Assembly (NCBI GenBank): GCA_900757385.1
Contig: CAAENO010000218.1
Span: forward strand, 5,226-69,225
Source: an uncultured Collinsella sp.
Lineage (GTDB): Bacteria; Actinomycetota; Coriobacteriia; Coriobacteriales; Coriobacteriaceae
Length of the DNA stretch: 64,000 nucleotides
Reading direction: 5' to 3'
Shown: positions 44,591 to 56,111 of the stretch, piece by piece
How positions within the stretch are numbered: position 1 is the stretch's first letter
Layout of the letters: each line of letters begins with the position of its first letter
The notes under the pieces: model-generated
Seen by the model: only the letters and a program-made list of their open reading frames with translations
Databases searched by the model: none
What the model was told of the DNA's origin: nothing
Program-made: the position numbers and the translations under genes

Positions 44591-46438
44591 TTATTCGACC
44601 GTGACGCTTTTCGCCAGGTTGCGAGGTTGGTCAACGTCGCAACCGCGCAGGATGGCCACCTCGCGGGCGAGCAACTGCAGCGGGACGCTCGCCGTGATGG
44701 GGCTGAACACGTCGCGGACTGCCGGCACGCGGATGATGCAGTCGGCGATCTTGTTGATCTCCTCGTCGCCCTCAGTGGCAACGACGATGACCTTGGCGCC
44801 GCGCGCCTTGCACTCCATAAGGTTCGACACGGTCTTGTCGTAGGTGGCGCTCTTGGTGGCCACGGCGATGACAGGGAAGCCCGGATCGATCAGTGCGATG
44901 GGACCGTGCTTCATCTCGCCGGCGGCGTAGGCCTCGGCGTGCAGGTAGCTGACCTCTTTGAGCTTGAGCGCGCCCTCGTAGGAAATAGCGGCACCCATGC
45001 CGCGACCCACGAACAGCGCGGACTGCGCGTCCTTGCACAGCAGGGCGGCCTCATGAACGGCCTCGGTCTGGGTATCCAAAATCCACTGGATCTGCTCGGC
45101 CGTATCGGAAAGCTCGCGGAACAGCATGCGCGCCTGTTTGGTGGTCAGACGGTACTTAACCTGCGCCAACAGCAAAGCCAGCAGCGTAAGGCTCACGACC
45201 TGGCCGATGAAGCTCTTGGTCGAGGCGACCGCGATCTCCTTGTTGGCCTTAGTGTAGATGACGCCGTCGCTCTCACGCGCCACGGGGCTACCAACCACGT
45301 TGGTGATGCCGAAGACCTTGGCACCCTTGATGCGCGCGTCGCGAATGGCGGCAAGGGTGTCGGCCGTCTCGCCCGACTGGGACACGGCAACGACAAGCGT
45401 CGTCGGCGTGATGATGGGATTGCGATAGCGGAACTCGCTGGCCGCCTCCACCTCGGTGGGGATGCGAGCCCAGCCCTCAATGAGATTCTTGGCAATGAGT
45501 CCGGCGTGGTAGCTGGTGCCGCAAGCGATCACGTAGACACGGTCGATGTCGTTGAGCTCCTCGAGCGAAAGGCCCAGCTCGTCGATATCGAGCTCGCCGG
45601 CGGGGGTCATGCGGCCCACCAGGGTATCGCGCACAACGCGAGGCTGCTCGTGGATTTCCTTGAGCATAAAGTCGGGATAACCGCCCTTTTCTGCCATGTC
45701 CAGGTCCCAGTCGATGTGGGTGACCTTGGGCTCGATAACGTTGCCGGCCTCGTCGGTGTACTCGACGCCTGCGGGCGTAAGCTTGGCAAACTGACCGTCC
45801 TCGAGCACCACGACATCGCGGGTGGCGTCGATGAGCGCGATCACGTCGGAAGCAACATAGGAACCGGTTTCGCCCACGCCGACTACGATCGGGGAATCCT
45901 TGCGGGCCACGGCGATCACGCCGGGCTCGTCAGCGCACACGGCGGCCAGACCATAGGCACCGACCACGTGGGTGCAAGCCTCGCGCACGGAGGCCATCAG
46001 GTCGTGCGTCTCGACATAAGCCTCTTCGATCAGATGCGCGAAGACCTCGGTATCGGTCTCGCTCTTAAAGTGATGGCCGCGGCCCTCCAGCTCTTCGCGC
46101 AGCTCGGCGAAGTTCTCGATGATGCCGTTGTGGACGATGGCGATACGACCGTCGCAGCTGGTGTGGGGGTGAGCGTTAACGACGGAGGGCTTGCCGTGGG
46201 TGGCCCAACGGGTGTGGCCGATACCGCAGGTAGCGTCGCTGTCGATGTTGGAAAGCTCGCTCTCTAGGCCCGCGACCTTGCCCACGCGGCGGATGACGTC
46301 GAGGTGCGCCGCGGCGCCCTCGCCCACCTCGAGCGCGACGCCCGAGGAGTCATAGCCGCGATACTCCATACGCTTGAGGCCCGTGACCAGGATGTTCTTT
46401 GCAATATCAGAGCCGGTGTAGCCGACGATTCCGCACAT
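44591..46438 (-). CDS. glmS: Glutamine--fructose-6-phosphate aminotransferase (mirror copy)
   Basis: Identical to 28295-30142. Confidence 0.97.
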   Translation of the reverse strand: MCGIVGYTGSDIAKNILVTGLKRMEYRGYDSSGVALEVGEGAAAHLDVIRRVGKVAGLESELSNIDSDATCGIGHTRWATHGKPSVVNAHPHTSCDGRIAIVHNGIIENFAELREELEGRGHHFKSETDTEVFAHLIEEAYVETHDLMASVREACTHVVGAYGLAAVCADEPGVIAVARKDSPIVVGVGETGSYVASDVIALIDATRDVVVLEDGQFAKLTPAGVEYTDEAGNVIEPKVTHIDWDLDMAEKGGYPDFMLKEIHEQPRVVRDTLVGRMTPAGELDIDELGLSLEELNDIDRVYVIACGTSYHAGLIAKNLIEGWARIPTEVEAASEFRYRNPIITPTTLVVAVSQSGETADTLAAIRDARIKGAKVFGITNVVGSPVARESDGVIYTKANKEIAVASTKSFIGQVVSLTLLALLLAQVKYRLTTKQARMLFRELSDTAEQIQWILDTQTEAVHEAALLCKDAQSALFVGRGMGAAISYEGALKLKEVSYLHAEAYAAGEMKHGPIALIDPGFPVIAVATKSATYDKTVSNLMECKARGAKVIVVATEGDEEINKIADCIIRVPAVRDVFSPITASVPLQLLAREVAILRGCDVDQPRNLAKSVTVE

Positions 46439-46755
46439 AAGATAAATCCCTTCGTTCGCGTGACTGCAAGACGTCCACGCACAAGGGGCGCTGAGACGCA
46501 TAACGTTCGAGTATTGTACTCACGCAGGCGCAAGCTGATATACCAGATGTGGTATCTCAACTTAGATACCACTCGATGCACACATGCCCAAACCACCACG
46601 ATGGGGACAGGCACCTTTGTGGTGGTTTGGGCTCCAGCGTTTGCCCAGATAAAACCTACCAAAATAAACCTGCCCCTAATTGGCAGGTTTTGACACCCTA
46701 GGGGCGGGCGATGCTACAATCTGGCTTGTACTTGAAACGCATCAAAGGGGCCGCT

Positions 46756-47889
46756 ATGGCAAAGGTAAAAATCAGCGACGTCGCGCGCGAGGCCGGGGTT
46801 TCGTTGGGCACGGTTTCCAACGCGCTCAACCATCCCGAAAAGCTGCGCCCCGAGACCCTCAAGCTCATCAACGAGACCATCAATCGCCTTGGCTACCTGC
46901 CCAACCAAAGTGCCCGTCAGCTCGCAGGCGGCACCACCAAGTCCTTTGGCCTGGTCCTCCCCCGTCTCGATCACGGCTTCTCGCTCCAAATTGCCAGCGG
47001 CGCCCATAACGAGGCCCGCAAGCACGGTTACGACCTGCTCATCGCCAACGCCGATAACGACGGCATTCTCCAGGACCATTACCTGCGCTACTTTATGGGC
47101 ACGCAGATGTCCGGCGTCATGGTTCAGCCCATGGCGTCCCCCGACTGGCACCCCGCTATGACCAAGATGCCCGTGCCGATCGTCCATCTGGACATCCACT
47201 GTTCCGAACCCGGTTACTACGTGGCCGCCGACAACGAGGCGCAGGGGCGCATTATCGCCGAGCTCGCCGTTGCCCGTGGCGCACGCCATATCACCGTTGT
47301 GGGCAGAGCGGCATTTATGCAGCTCACCCTGCGCGTACTTGGCATCCACAAGGCCCTTGCCCTGCACCCCGATATCAAGATCGAAGTCATCGACGCCGGC
47401 GAATGGAATACCGCTGCCGACGGCTACAGCATCGGCGCCCAGATTGCCGAGCGCCCTGCTGACGAGCGCCCCGATTTTGTCATCGGCCTGACCGACGTAT
47501 TGGCCTCGGGCGTTATCTCGGCGCTGGTCGACAAGGGCATTTCCGTCCCCGGCCAGATTCTTGTTGCCGGCTGCGATGGCAACCCGCTTGCCTGGAGCGG
47601 ATCGGTCCCCCTCACCACGGTAGCACCACCGGGCTACGAGATCGGCCGCAAGGGCGTGCAGCTGCTCATGGAACAAATCGAGGATAAACCTACCGCCAAG
47701 ACCAAACGAGTCCGCATCGGCTCCGCCGCGCGTACCGTCACCACGGTCACGGCCACCGAGGACATTAACCGTCAGGAGCTCGTGCGCCCCTTCTTGCTCG
47801 AACGTATGAGCACCCAAAAGGCCGAGCAGCACCCGACGGGCCCATCCGCGGCCCCAATAACCGACATCAACCTGGGCGCCTACCTGTAA
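46756..47889 (+). CDS. LacI regulator (mirror copy)
   Basis: Identical to 26844-27977. Confidence 0.9.
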   Translation: MAKVKISDVAREAGVSLGTVSNALNHPEKLRPETLKLINETINRLGYLPNQSARQLAGGTTKSFGLVLPRLDHGFSLQIASGAHNEARKHGYDLLIANADNDGILQDHYLRYFMGTQMSGVMVQPMASPDWHPAMTKMPVPIVHLDIHCSEPGYYVAADNEAQGRIIAELAVARGARHITVVGRAAFMQLTLRVLGIHKALALHPDIKIEVIDAGEWNTAADGYSIGAQIAERPADERPDFVIGLTDVLASGVISALVDKGISVPGQILVAGCDGNPLAWSGSVPLTTVAPPGYEIGRKGVQLLMEQIEDKPTAKTKRVRIGSAARTVTTVTATEDINRQELVRPFLLERMSTQKAEQHPTGPSAAPITDINLGAYL

Positions 47890-48103
47890 CAAAAAACGCC
47901 GCAACGGGAACAGCCCCGCTGCGGCGTTTTTGCTGGCCCCACGGGCCTTCCCCATTTAGCCGGACCTGCGGCTACGGATATTTATGGAATGTAATCCATT
48001 TTTCATTAGCTTTTTTGTTAAAATAGACTCAATTCCATATTTTTAGATATTTCCTATAAGTATTGATTTTGCTCCAGTTTTTTCTCGCCAAGAAAGGGGT
48101 TTC

Positions 48104-49309
48104 ATGAATCTGATTGATCGCAAACAGTACCTCGACTGGCTCATTTCGTGGAAAGACTCACACGTCATCAAGGTCGTTTCGGGCGTGCGAAGGTCCGGCA
48201 AATCAAAGCTATTCGAAATCTACCGTAGCTACCTGCGCGATCATGGAATCACAGGCGACCAGGTTATATCCCTCAACTTTGAAGACCTGGAGTTCGAGTC
48301 GCTTACGTCGTATAGAGCGCTCTACGACTACATTTCCGCCAGACTCGTCCCCGATAAGATGAACTACGTTTTTCTGGACGAGATACAGCACGTCGAGCAT
48401 TTCGAAAAAGCCGTCGACAGTCTTTTTATCAAGGACAATGTCGACCTCCACATAACCGGTTCCAACGCTTATCTGCTCTCGAGCGAGCTGGCAACTTTGC
48501 TCTCCGGCCGCTACGTAGAGCTCAAGATGCTGCCCCTATCCTTTAAAGAGTTTTGCTCGGCAAAAACCAATGACGGAAAGGCTCCCGCCCAGTTGTTTGA
48601 CGAGTACATAACCAGGGGCTCTTTTCCCTTTATCGCCGAGACGGGTATTCAGGGACCCCAGGCGCGCGATTATCTTATGAGCCTCTACGATACCATCGTC
48701 ATACGCGACGTTATCGAACGCCTGAAGGTCTCGGACGTCCCGACCCTGCGCGATATCACCAAGTTCCTACTCCATAGCATTGGAAACCGGATCTCGATTA
48801 AAAAAATCTCCGACACGCTCTCGTCCAACGGCAACAAAACCGACCAGAAAACCGTAGCCAAGTACCTCAAAGGCTTAACAGACAGCCTTGTGCTGTACTT
48901 TGCTCCGCGCTATAACGTGCGCGGTCGGCAGCTTCTTTCAACAAACGGCAAATACTACGCCGTTGACCTTGGACTTAGAGGCGCTCTCGTCAAAACCCAA
49001 AGCAGCGATATCGGTCATATCCTCGAAAATGTTGTTTATCTCGAGCTCCTACGCCGTGGATACGACGTCTACGTGGGCGATATCGACGGCGGGGAAATTG
49101 ATTTTGTTGCCCTAAAGTCAGACGAGACAGCCTATTTTCAGGTTTCAGCCACAACGCTCGACGAAACTACCCTCGATCGAGAGTTGGCCCCCTTTAAGAA
49201 AGTCCGAGACAACTACCCCAAGACGCTTCTTACGCTCGACACGCTGTTTGCGCTTGCGAACTACGAAGGAGTCCGCAAGCGCAACGTGATCGACTGGCTC
49301 CTGGAGTAA
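48104..49309 (+). CDS. AAA_14-DUF4143 ATPase (mirror copy)
   Basis: Identical to 25424-26629. Confidence 0.9.
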   Translation: MNLIDRKQYLDWLISWKDSHVIKVVSGVRRSGKSKLFEIYRSYLRDHGITGDQVISLNFEDLEFESLTSYRALYDYISARLVPDKMNYVFLDEIQHVEHFEKAVDSLFIKDNVDLHITGSNAYLLSSELATLLSGRYVELKMLPLSFKEFCSAKTNDGKAPAQLFDEYITRGSFPFIAETGIQGPQARDYLMSLYDTIVIRDVIERLKVSDVPTLRDITKFLLHSIGNRISIKKISDTLSSNGNKTDQKTVAKYLKGLTDSLVLYFAPRYNVRGRQLLSTNGKYYAVDLGLRGALVKTQSSDIGHILENVVYLELLRRGYDVYVGDIDGGEIDFVALKSDETAYFQVSATTLDETTLDRELAPFKKVRDNYPKTLLTLDTLFALANYEGVRKRNVIDWLLE

Positions 49310-49510
49310 CTTGTAACGTCATAACCCTCCGCCAGCTCCTTACCAAGGCCGCAGCCCCAGTCGCTTAAAGCACAATGCCCCTCTTATCGGCCAAAACAGC
49401 AATCTTGGCGTGATAAGAGGGGCTGACTGCGTCAGCGCCTCCACGCAGGCGCCGTTACCGTCACCGTCCTGCGGGATCGGGCGCGGGGCATGGCGACTCG
49501 CGTGCAAACG

Positions 49511-50161
49511 CTAGCGCACGGCCTTGACCGCCGCCGTCAGGTCGAACAGCGTATCGAGCACGACCTCGCAGCCATCCACCACGTCCTGCGGCAGCGGCAC
49601 GATGTCGGGAACGGCAAAGACGTGGCAGCCGGCCGTGATGCCCGAGACGCAGCCGTTGCGGGAATCCTCGACCACGGCGCACTCCTCGGGGGCAAAGCCC
49701 GCGCGCTCGCAGGCGAGCAGATACATCTCGGGGTCGGGCTTGCCGTGCACGACGTCCTCGCCACACGTTACCGTTTCAAACTTGTCAAAAAGACCGACCA
49801 TCTTAAGGTTGCGCTCGGCCGTAACGAGGCGCGACGACGTCGCTAGACCCACGTGATAGCCCGCAGCCAGCAGCTCGTCTAGGCACTCGGCGGCGCCGGC
49901 CTTAAGCTCCAGCTCGGTCTTGACCATCTCGTCGCGAATCTCCTTGTGGCGATGATAGATCGCCACAGCGGTTTCTCTACTGCCGTAATGTGCCTCAAGG
50001 ATGTCCATGACATCGGGCAGCGTACGACCGATAAACTGATGAATCAGCGTATCATCAATCGCGACACCCAGCTCAGCAGCGGGCGCTTTCCATGCCTTGA
50101 TGCCCAGACGCTCGGTATCGACCAGCGTTCCGTCCATGTCAAAAATAACAGCCTTGATCAT
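49511..50161 (-). CDS. HAD phosphatase 2 (mirror copy)
   Basis: Identical to 24572-25222. Confidence 0.9.
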   Translation of the reverse strand: MIKAVIFDMDGTLVDTERLGIKAWKAPAAELGVAIDDTLIHQFIGRTLPDVMDILEAHYGSRETAVAIYHRHKEIRDEMVKTELELKAGAAECLDELLAAGYHVGLATSSRLVTAERNLKMVGLFDKFETVTCGEDVVHGKPDPEMYLLACERAGFAPEECAVVEDSRNGCVSGITAGCHVFAVPDIVPLPQDVVDGCEVVLDTLFDLTAAVKAVR

Positions 50162-50328
50162 ATCGGTCCCCTCACCGGATTGCATTACTGCCACTCTACC
50201 GCACTTTACAAACTTGTATATAACGTATATAGCATATTGCACTTTCGTTACATAGGTAGAAATCTTATGACAAGCAGCCCGGTAGGATTATAGTTTTCGA
50301 CCGAGTACTCAATGGCAAGGATCGTTTC

Positions 50329-51207
50329 ATGTTTTCAGACACCACCGCACCTGCAGAGGAGCTTCAGGACAAACTCGCAGCGCTCGAGCAGCTGCTTTTG
50401 GCATATGGACGCGTCGCCATCGGCTTTTCCGGCGGCGTCGACAGCAGCTTTTTGGCTGCGGTCTGCGCCCGTATCATGCCTGCCGACACGCTTCTCGTCC
50501 ACCTCACCACGCCGCTCATCGGCACACCCGAGCAGGCTTCGTTTGAGCGGTCCGTTGACGGACAAACCGATGAGGGGCCGCATTTTAAGCTCCCCGTGCT
50601 CAATCTTTCGGTCGACCAGCTGCAACTTCCCCAGGTAGCCTGCAACGATGCTGACCGCTGCTACCACTGCAAGCGCGCCGGCTTCACCGCCATCGTCAAC
50701 CACGCCAAGTCGCTAGGCTTTCCCACCGTCATCGATGGCAGCAATGCAAGCGATCGCGGTGACTACCGCCCCGGCATGCGTGCGGCACAAGAGCTCGGTG
50801 TACGCTCACCCCTTATGGAGGTCGGCTTTACCAAGGACGAAGAGCGCGAGCTGCTGCGCGCATGGGGCTATCCCGTCTGGAACCTGCCGGCAGGCGCCTG
50901 CTTGGCCACGCGCATTCCCACGGGCGAGGAGCTCACGCGCGAGAAGGTCGATGTAATCCGCGCCTGTGAGGACTACCTGCACGACCTTGGCCTGGACCAG
51001 GTCCGCGCACGCCTCGTCGGCGGCTGCATGCATATCGAGGCCGCGCCGGCAGACGTCGCCAAGATCGCCGCCCTCGGCAGCACCGCGGTCAACGACGAGG
51101 GCAAGGCCCCACTTCCCGCCGCCATCGAATCTGCCCTGCGTAACCTAGGCTGCGGCCATATCTCCCCCGAGGTCACCCCCTACATCCACGGCAACATGAA
51201 TCTTTAA
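50329..51207 (+). CDS. larE: LarE-family sulfur transferase (mirror copy)
   Basis: Identical to 23526-24404. Confidence 0.85.
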   Translation: MFSDTTAPAEELQDKLAALEQLLLAYGRVAIGFSGGVDSSFLAAVCARIMPADTLLVHLTTPLIGTPEQASFERSVDGQTDEGPHFKLPVLNLSVDQLQLPQVACNDADRCYHCKRAGFTAIVNHAKSLGFPTVIDGSNASDRGDYRPGMRAAQELGVRSPLMEVGFTKDEERELLRAWGYPVWNLPAGACLATRIPTGEELTREKVDVIRACEDYLHDLGLDQVRARLVGGCMHIEAAPADVAKIAALGSTAVNDEGKAPLPAAIESALRNLGCGHISPEVTPYIHGNMNL

Positions 51208-51340
51208 GTTACGCCGTTTAACCTACCAAAAAGGAACAGGTTTATTTTGGCAGGTTTTATCTGGGGAAATATCGCGGAGCCACCGCCTCTCTAGTATCCA
51301 TCTAACTTCGAGAGACACTAGAGAGGCAACTCGGCTGCAT

Positions 51341-53041
51341 CTACCTCTTCCGATAGCGGCGGTTGCGGCTCGTCGATGAACCCATTACTTCAATGAGTCC
51401 TTTATCCGCCATTTTTGGCAGATGGTAACGGACGGACGAAATCTTGACCCCCGATGCAACCGCTATTTCTCGCGCCGTCATATCCATTCCGGCGCTGAGA
51501 GCCTCCAGGATCCTATCCGCCGTCGAAGCTGACGATTCTCTGCTCATATCGATAATTTCAAACGCGTCTTTGCCACATTTTGACAGGACATGTTTATCGA
51601 CAAGGTCCCCGCAGATCAGGCGAATGTCATCCGAATCCCACTTCAAAGCCTCTCGTATTTTTTGAACATCGCATACGCACCCATGCTCCCGCATAAACAT
51701 GAGTAATGTTTCCTCGCGATGCGTCAGTTCGGTGTCCACATGGCCCTGAATCCACATGCGGTTTTCAGCAAGCTCCGCCCCGTGCCGGGAAAGCAGCACC
51801 GTAAACGAATCGGCCTTAACGATAAATTTCGGCCTGCCAAGCGAACGAGACTCCATCTCGCGAATCATAGCCGGGATGCCAGATCCCTGACTTTCCGCAA
51901 CAGCCCCCTCAGCATGCTCTAACGGCGTCGCCCCCATCAGACTCATGAGCTTTGGGTTTCGGCAACGCGATTCCCCGTCCGCAAGATTGTCCACCGTCTT
52001 TCCGCCCCAAAGCCCGCCGGGGTTTTTGATCTCTATTCTGTCTGGGTAGATATCGACGCTCACGGCCTGCCCCACAAACATGGGCGAATACTCTCGATGG
52101 ATGCAGGCATTCGCCAAGGCCTCGCGCAAAACCTCCTGGGGTACTTCCCAATCTTCCCTTCTACCAGCGCCTCGCACTATCGCCGCTTTGCGCAAGTTTC
52201 GTCCGATCGCAGCGAGGGCATCTTCGATGCAAGCCGGAATCGGGCCATCGCACAACTGGCGGTCAATAAACCGGGGTTGCCCAGGAGCAGATTTTTCCAC
52301 ATCGGAATGAACGGCGACATCGATCATCAGCTTGGGATAGAACTGCTGGGGGTAAATTCCCGCCGACAGAAGCCCCGCGAGCTTCACAGCTCCATCCTTT
52401 GTAGTGATATTGAGTCTGGCCAGCTGCTTTTCCAGCGTATCGGCCCCGCGCAAAACGCGCGGGGTCTGCAGCCGACGATTTGCGATAATGGACCGCACGA
52501 CATCTGGATCCAAATCCTCGACTGTTGCCTCCGAAACCACCGTACCGTCTGCATCACTCGGAAGCAACGCACTCTGTAGCTCATATAGCTCAGCGGGCGA
52601 CATCTTGATATCTTTATCATCCACGCGCTTGTAGCTACCGTTCTGCACGCCGCGCGCGCCGATATAGCATGGCTTCGCTTTGAGCTCAAGCTCAAAGATG
52701 CGCACCAGAAGTACCTGGAGCCCGTCGACCTCGCCACGATCAAGCTCATACCGCGGCGCATGGGTCACCACCGCCGCTGAGCCTCCGTCTCCGATACCCG
52801 AAACAAACTGGTCGCGTACCCTGTCGATAGCAAAGTTGGCAGAAGGAACAAATCCTTCGGCTTCGTTCAGGCCCAAAATAATGAGCCCACCCGCAGTGTT
52901 CGCAAAAGCACTCACTGTCTCCCATACGTCTGCACTCAATTTATTCGTGCAGGCTTTAACTTCTACCGATGCGTCATCGGTCCCCCGCCTGCGAAGGCGC
53001 TCGACGATAAGGCCAAGAGGTTCATCCAACAGCATTGGCAT
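51341..53041 (-). CDS. Schlafen/AlbA_2-HATPase_c_4-wHTH protein (mirror copy)
   Basis: Identical to 21692-23392. Confidence 0.85.
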   Translation of the reverse strand: MPMLLDEPLGLIVERLRRRGTDDASVEVKACTNKLSADVWETVSAFANTAGGLIILGLNEAEGFVPSANFAIDRVRDQFVSGIGDGGSAAVVTHAPRYELDRGEVDGLQVLLVRIFELELKAKPCYIGARGVQNGSYKRVDDKDIKMSPAELYELQSALLPSDADGTVVSEATVEDLDPDVVRSIIANRRLQTPRVLRGADTLEKQLARLNITTKDGAVKLAGLLSAGIYPQQFYPKLMIDVAVHSDVEKSAPGQPRFIDRQLCDGPIPACIEDALAAIGRNLRKAAIVRGAGRREDWEVPQEVLREALANACIHREYSPMFVGQAVSVDIYPDRIEIKNPGGLWGGKTVDNLADGESRCRNPKLMSLMGATPLEHAEGAVAESQGSGIPAMIREMESRSLGRPKFIVKADSFTVLLSRHGAELAENRMWIQGHVDTELTHREETLLMFMREHGCVCDVQKIREALKWDSDDIRLICGDLVDKHVLSKCGKDAFEIIDMSRESSASTADRILEALSAGMDMTAREIAVASGVKISSVRYHLPKMADKGLIEVMGSSTSRNRRYRKR

Positions 53042-53404
53042 TCCGTCTCTCTAAAACAATAGATTTATCTCTCTAAAGCTTAGTATATCTCTCTAGCTTT
53101 AGAGAGATGAGCACCTTCTTTTAGAGAGAAATTTAGAGAGATGTATCGAATTCACTGCTAGATTACCTAAAGCCATCTCTCTAACCGACTTTCTCTTTAG
53201 AGAGACGTTTAGAGAGACGAGCGCATCTCTCTAACCATGGGCTCCGCTCTTTAAAGCGTACACGTCCCAACCGTGCCCTAAGTTGCGGCGGGCATTGCCC
53301 CGCCAACCCGCCAAAAGAGGACAGGTTTATATTGGCGGGTTTTATCTGGGGAAACGCAAGCGGGGCCACGCCGAAGCCACCGTCATCAGCCTCGGCGCAT
53401 ACCT

Positions 53405-54055
53405 TTAGCGCACGGCCCTGACCGCCGCCGTCAGATCGAACAGTGTATCGAGCACGGCCTCGCAGCCGTCCACCACGTCCTGCGGCAGCGGCAAGATATC
53501 GGGCACGGCAAAGACATGGCAGCCGGCCGTGATGCCCGAGACGCAGCCATTGCGAGAATCCTCGACCACGGCGCACTCCTCGGGAGCAAAGCCCGCGCGC
53601 TCGCAGGCGAGCAGGTAGATCTCGGGATCGGGCTTGCCGCACGCGACGTCCTCGCCAAAGGTCACCGTTTCGAACTTGTCAAAGAGACCGACCGTCTTAA
53701 GGTTGCGCTCGGCCGCAACGCGGCGCGACGACGTCGCAAGGCCCACGTGATAGCCCGCGGCCAGCAGCTCGTCTAGGCACTCGGCGGCGCCGGCCTTAAG
53801 CTCCAGGTCGGTCTTGGCCATCTCGGTGTGAAGCTCAATGTTGCGGGCATAAATCGCGTCGGCGGTTTCGCCCTTGCCGTAATGCGCCTCAAGGATGCCC
53901 TTAACATCGGCATTCGAACGGCCGATAAACTGATGCGTCAACGCGTCATCAATCGCGATACCCAGCTCGGCAGCACCCACCTTCCACGCTTTCATGTCCA
54001 AGCGCTCGGTATCGATCAACGTTCCATCCATGTCAAAAATAACAGCCCTGATCAT
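53405..54055 (-). CDS. HAD phosphatase 1 (mirror copy)
   Basis: Identical to 20678-21328. Confidence 0.9.
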   Translation of the reverse strand: MIRAVIFDMDGTLIDTERLDMKAWKVGAAELGIAIDDALTHQFIGRSNADVKGILEAHYGKGETADAIYARNIELHTEMAKTDLELKAGAAECLDELLAAGYHVGLATSSRRVAAERNLKTVGLFDKFETVTFGEDVACGKPDPEIYLLACERAGFAPEECAVVEDSRNGCVSGITAGCHVFAVPDILPLPQDVVDGCEAVLDTLFDLTAAVRAVR

Positions 54056-54505
54056 ATCGGCCCCTTCATCGGCTTGCGTTACCGCAAATCTACCGCACGT
54101 TATAACTTGTATATAACGTATATATCATATTGCACGTTCGCTATATAGATGGGAGTCTCATAACGAGCGCTCGGTAGGACCATGGTTTTCGGTCGAGTGT
54201 CCAGCGGTGAGAAGCGTTTCTGCTTTCAGACACTACCGCACCTGCAAAGGGGCTTCAGGAAGAGCCCGGTGTGCGCATGTCGAGCTACTGCCATATCTCA
54301 CCCGAGGTCACCCCCTACATCCACGGCAACATGAACCAGTAACCTGCATCCCAATAAGTTGCGGTGGAATAGTTCCTGTTTTGCGGCCCATCGGGCCCCA
54401 ACAGGAACTATTCCACCGCAGCTGCGTTTTGCGAGCATGGACCCGCAAAGAAAGAAACGGTTTTATTATTGGGCGCGTTTGCCCGGGCAAACGCGCGGCA
54501 ACGCG

Positions 54506-55372
54506 CTAAGCGAACATCTTGACGCTCATGTCGACGGGATTCGCCGTGAAGCAGGACGTAGTCACGAGGCCATCAACGCCAGTCGACGCGTACTCGGCAG
54601 CGTTGTCGGGGTGAATCCCTCCCGCCGCTACTAGGGCCACATGGGGATCGATTCCATGCAGCTCCTCGACGAGCGGCCTCAGCTCGGCAACCGACACTTT
54701 GTCGAACTGAATACCGTCGACGCCCGCCTTCACCAGCCTGCGAGCATCATCGGCGCCCGCCTCGACAAACAGCTTTTTCTCGATGCAGCGTCGACGAATC
54801 TGGGGCAGAAGCTCAATAAACGCATCGAGTCCCGTCGCTCCAGAAGGCGCTGTCATAAACCTGGTATGGTTGTCGAACACCAGCACGGTCTCGGAAAGGC
54901 CCATGCGATGCGGAAACGCTCCGCCCGCAACGACCGCCTTGGTCAGCAGATCTCTATTGCCCGGCGTGCTCTTTCGCGTCGTCAGCACCTCGCACATGGG
55001 ATTGGCCGCATGCGCGGCGTCGACCATTTTGCGCGTCTTGGTTGCCACGGCCGAATAGTGGTCGAACATATTTAGGCCGACTTTCCATAGCAGATGCAAA
55101 TTGGCGGCCGAACCGCGTACGCGCATAAAAGATTGCCCGGCTTCAACCTTGGTTCCCGAGGGCTCAAACCACTCGACCGTCAAGTTCAGCATAGTGGCCA
55201 TACGCGCAACCTCCTCCGTGCAACAAAGCACACAGTTCTCGCGTGTGTAATACTCCATCGCACCGAGCGCCTCACCGATTCCCAGGATATGCGTCGTAAG
55301 ATCGATATAGGGGACATCCTCGGCGATAAGCTCCTCGAGCCGCGCGTCGCTTATACGGATAATGTCGGACAT
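54506..55372 (-). CDS. modD: ModD (mirror copy)
   Basis: Identical to 19361-20227. Confidence 0.85.
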   Translation of the reverse strand: MSDIIRISDARLEELIAEDVPYIDLTTHILGIGEALGAMEYYTRENCVLCCTEEVARMATMLNLTVEWFEPSGTKVEAGQSFMRVRGSAANLHLLWKVGLNMFDHYSAVATKTRKMVDAAHAANPMCEVLTTRKSTPGNRDLLTKAVVAGGAFPHRMGLSETVLVFDNHTRFMTAPSGATGLDAFIELLPQIRRRCIEKKLFVEAGADDARRLVKAGVDGIQFDKVSVAELRPLVEELHGIDPHVALVAAGGIHPDNAAEYASTGVDGLVTTSCFTANPVDMSVKMFA

Positions 55373-55646
55373 GGAGCCTTCTCTCTCGCGTTGTTCTCGG
55401 CAAAAAAGCATGCTGCTTTCCCAGCCTATACGGTACAACCTCATCAGTATCGCTTGCCTCACATCTTACGCATTCTGCCGAGCAAACGTCCTGCGGCGTC
55501 TCCCGCTAGACTGATTAACCTGCTAAAAAGGGACAGATTTATTTTGCTAGGTTTTATCTGGGGAAACGCAGACGGGGCCGCGACGTCTATAGCGTCGCGG
55601 CCCTTTTCCTTGGAGAAGGATCGATTAATGGAACGGAGAGCCCGTT

Positions 55647-56099
55647 CTAACCCTCGAGCCCGGCGTTGATGAGCTCGGCAATCTCGACAGGATCGGCGCT
55701 TTCGCGCACCTTGTCACGGAAGGCGGCATCCATCAGCATCACGGCAGCCTTGGAGAGCAGACGCAGGTGCGTGGTTCCCGCTTCGCCGGCGGGCACGTAC
55801 AGCGCAAGCGCAACATCGACGGGCACGCCGTCGAAGCTCGGCCACTCGACGGGCTCGGCCAGTTTGAGCACGGCAACGCCCGGCGTATGGATCGCGTCGC
55901 TCTTGGCATGCGGAACGGCAAAACCGGCGACAAGGCCAGTCTCGGCCTCGTTCTCGCGAGCGATAAAGGCAGCCTCGACGGCAGAGGCATCATCGGCAAA
56001 ACCAAGCTCAACAGCCTGCTCGGACAGATAATGCAGCGCGTCCTCGCGCGAGGCGGCGGCGTAGCCAATCGTCACTTGGTTGGCAGATACAAACCCCAT
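55647..56099 (-). CDS. PTS EIIA (mirror copy)
   Basis: Identical to 18634-19086. Confidence 0.9.
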   Translation of the reverse strand: MGFVSANQVTIGYAAASREDALHYLSEQAVELGFADDASAVEAAFIARENEAETGLVAGFAVPHAKSDAIHTPGVAVLKLAEPVEWPSFDGVPVDVALALYVPAGEAGTTHLRLLSKAAVMLMDAAFRDKVRESADPVEIAELINAGLEG

Positions 56100-56111
56100 G
56101 GAAAACCTTCC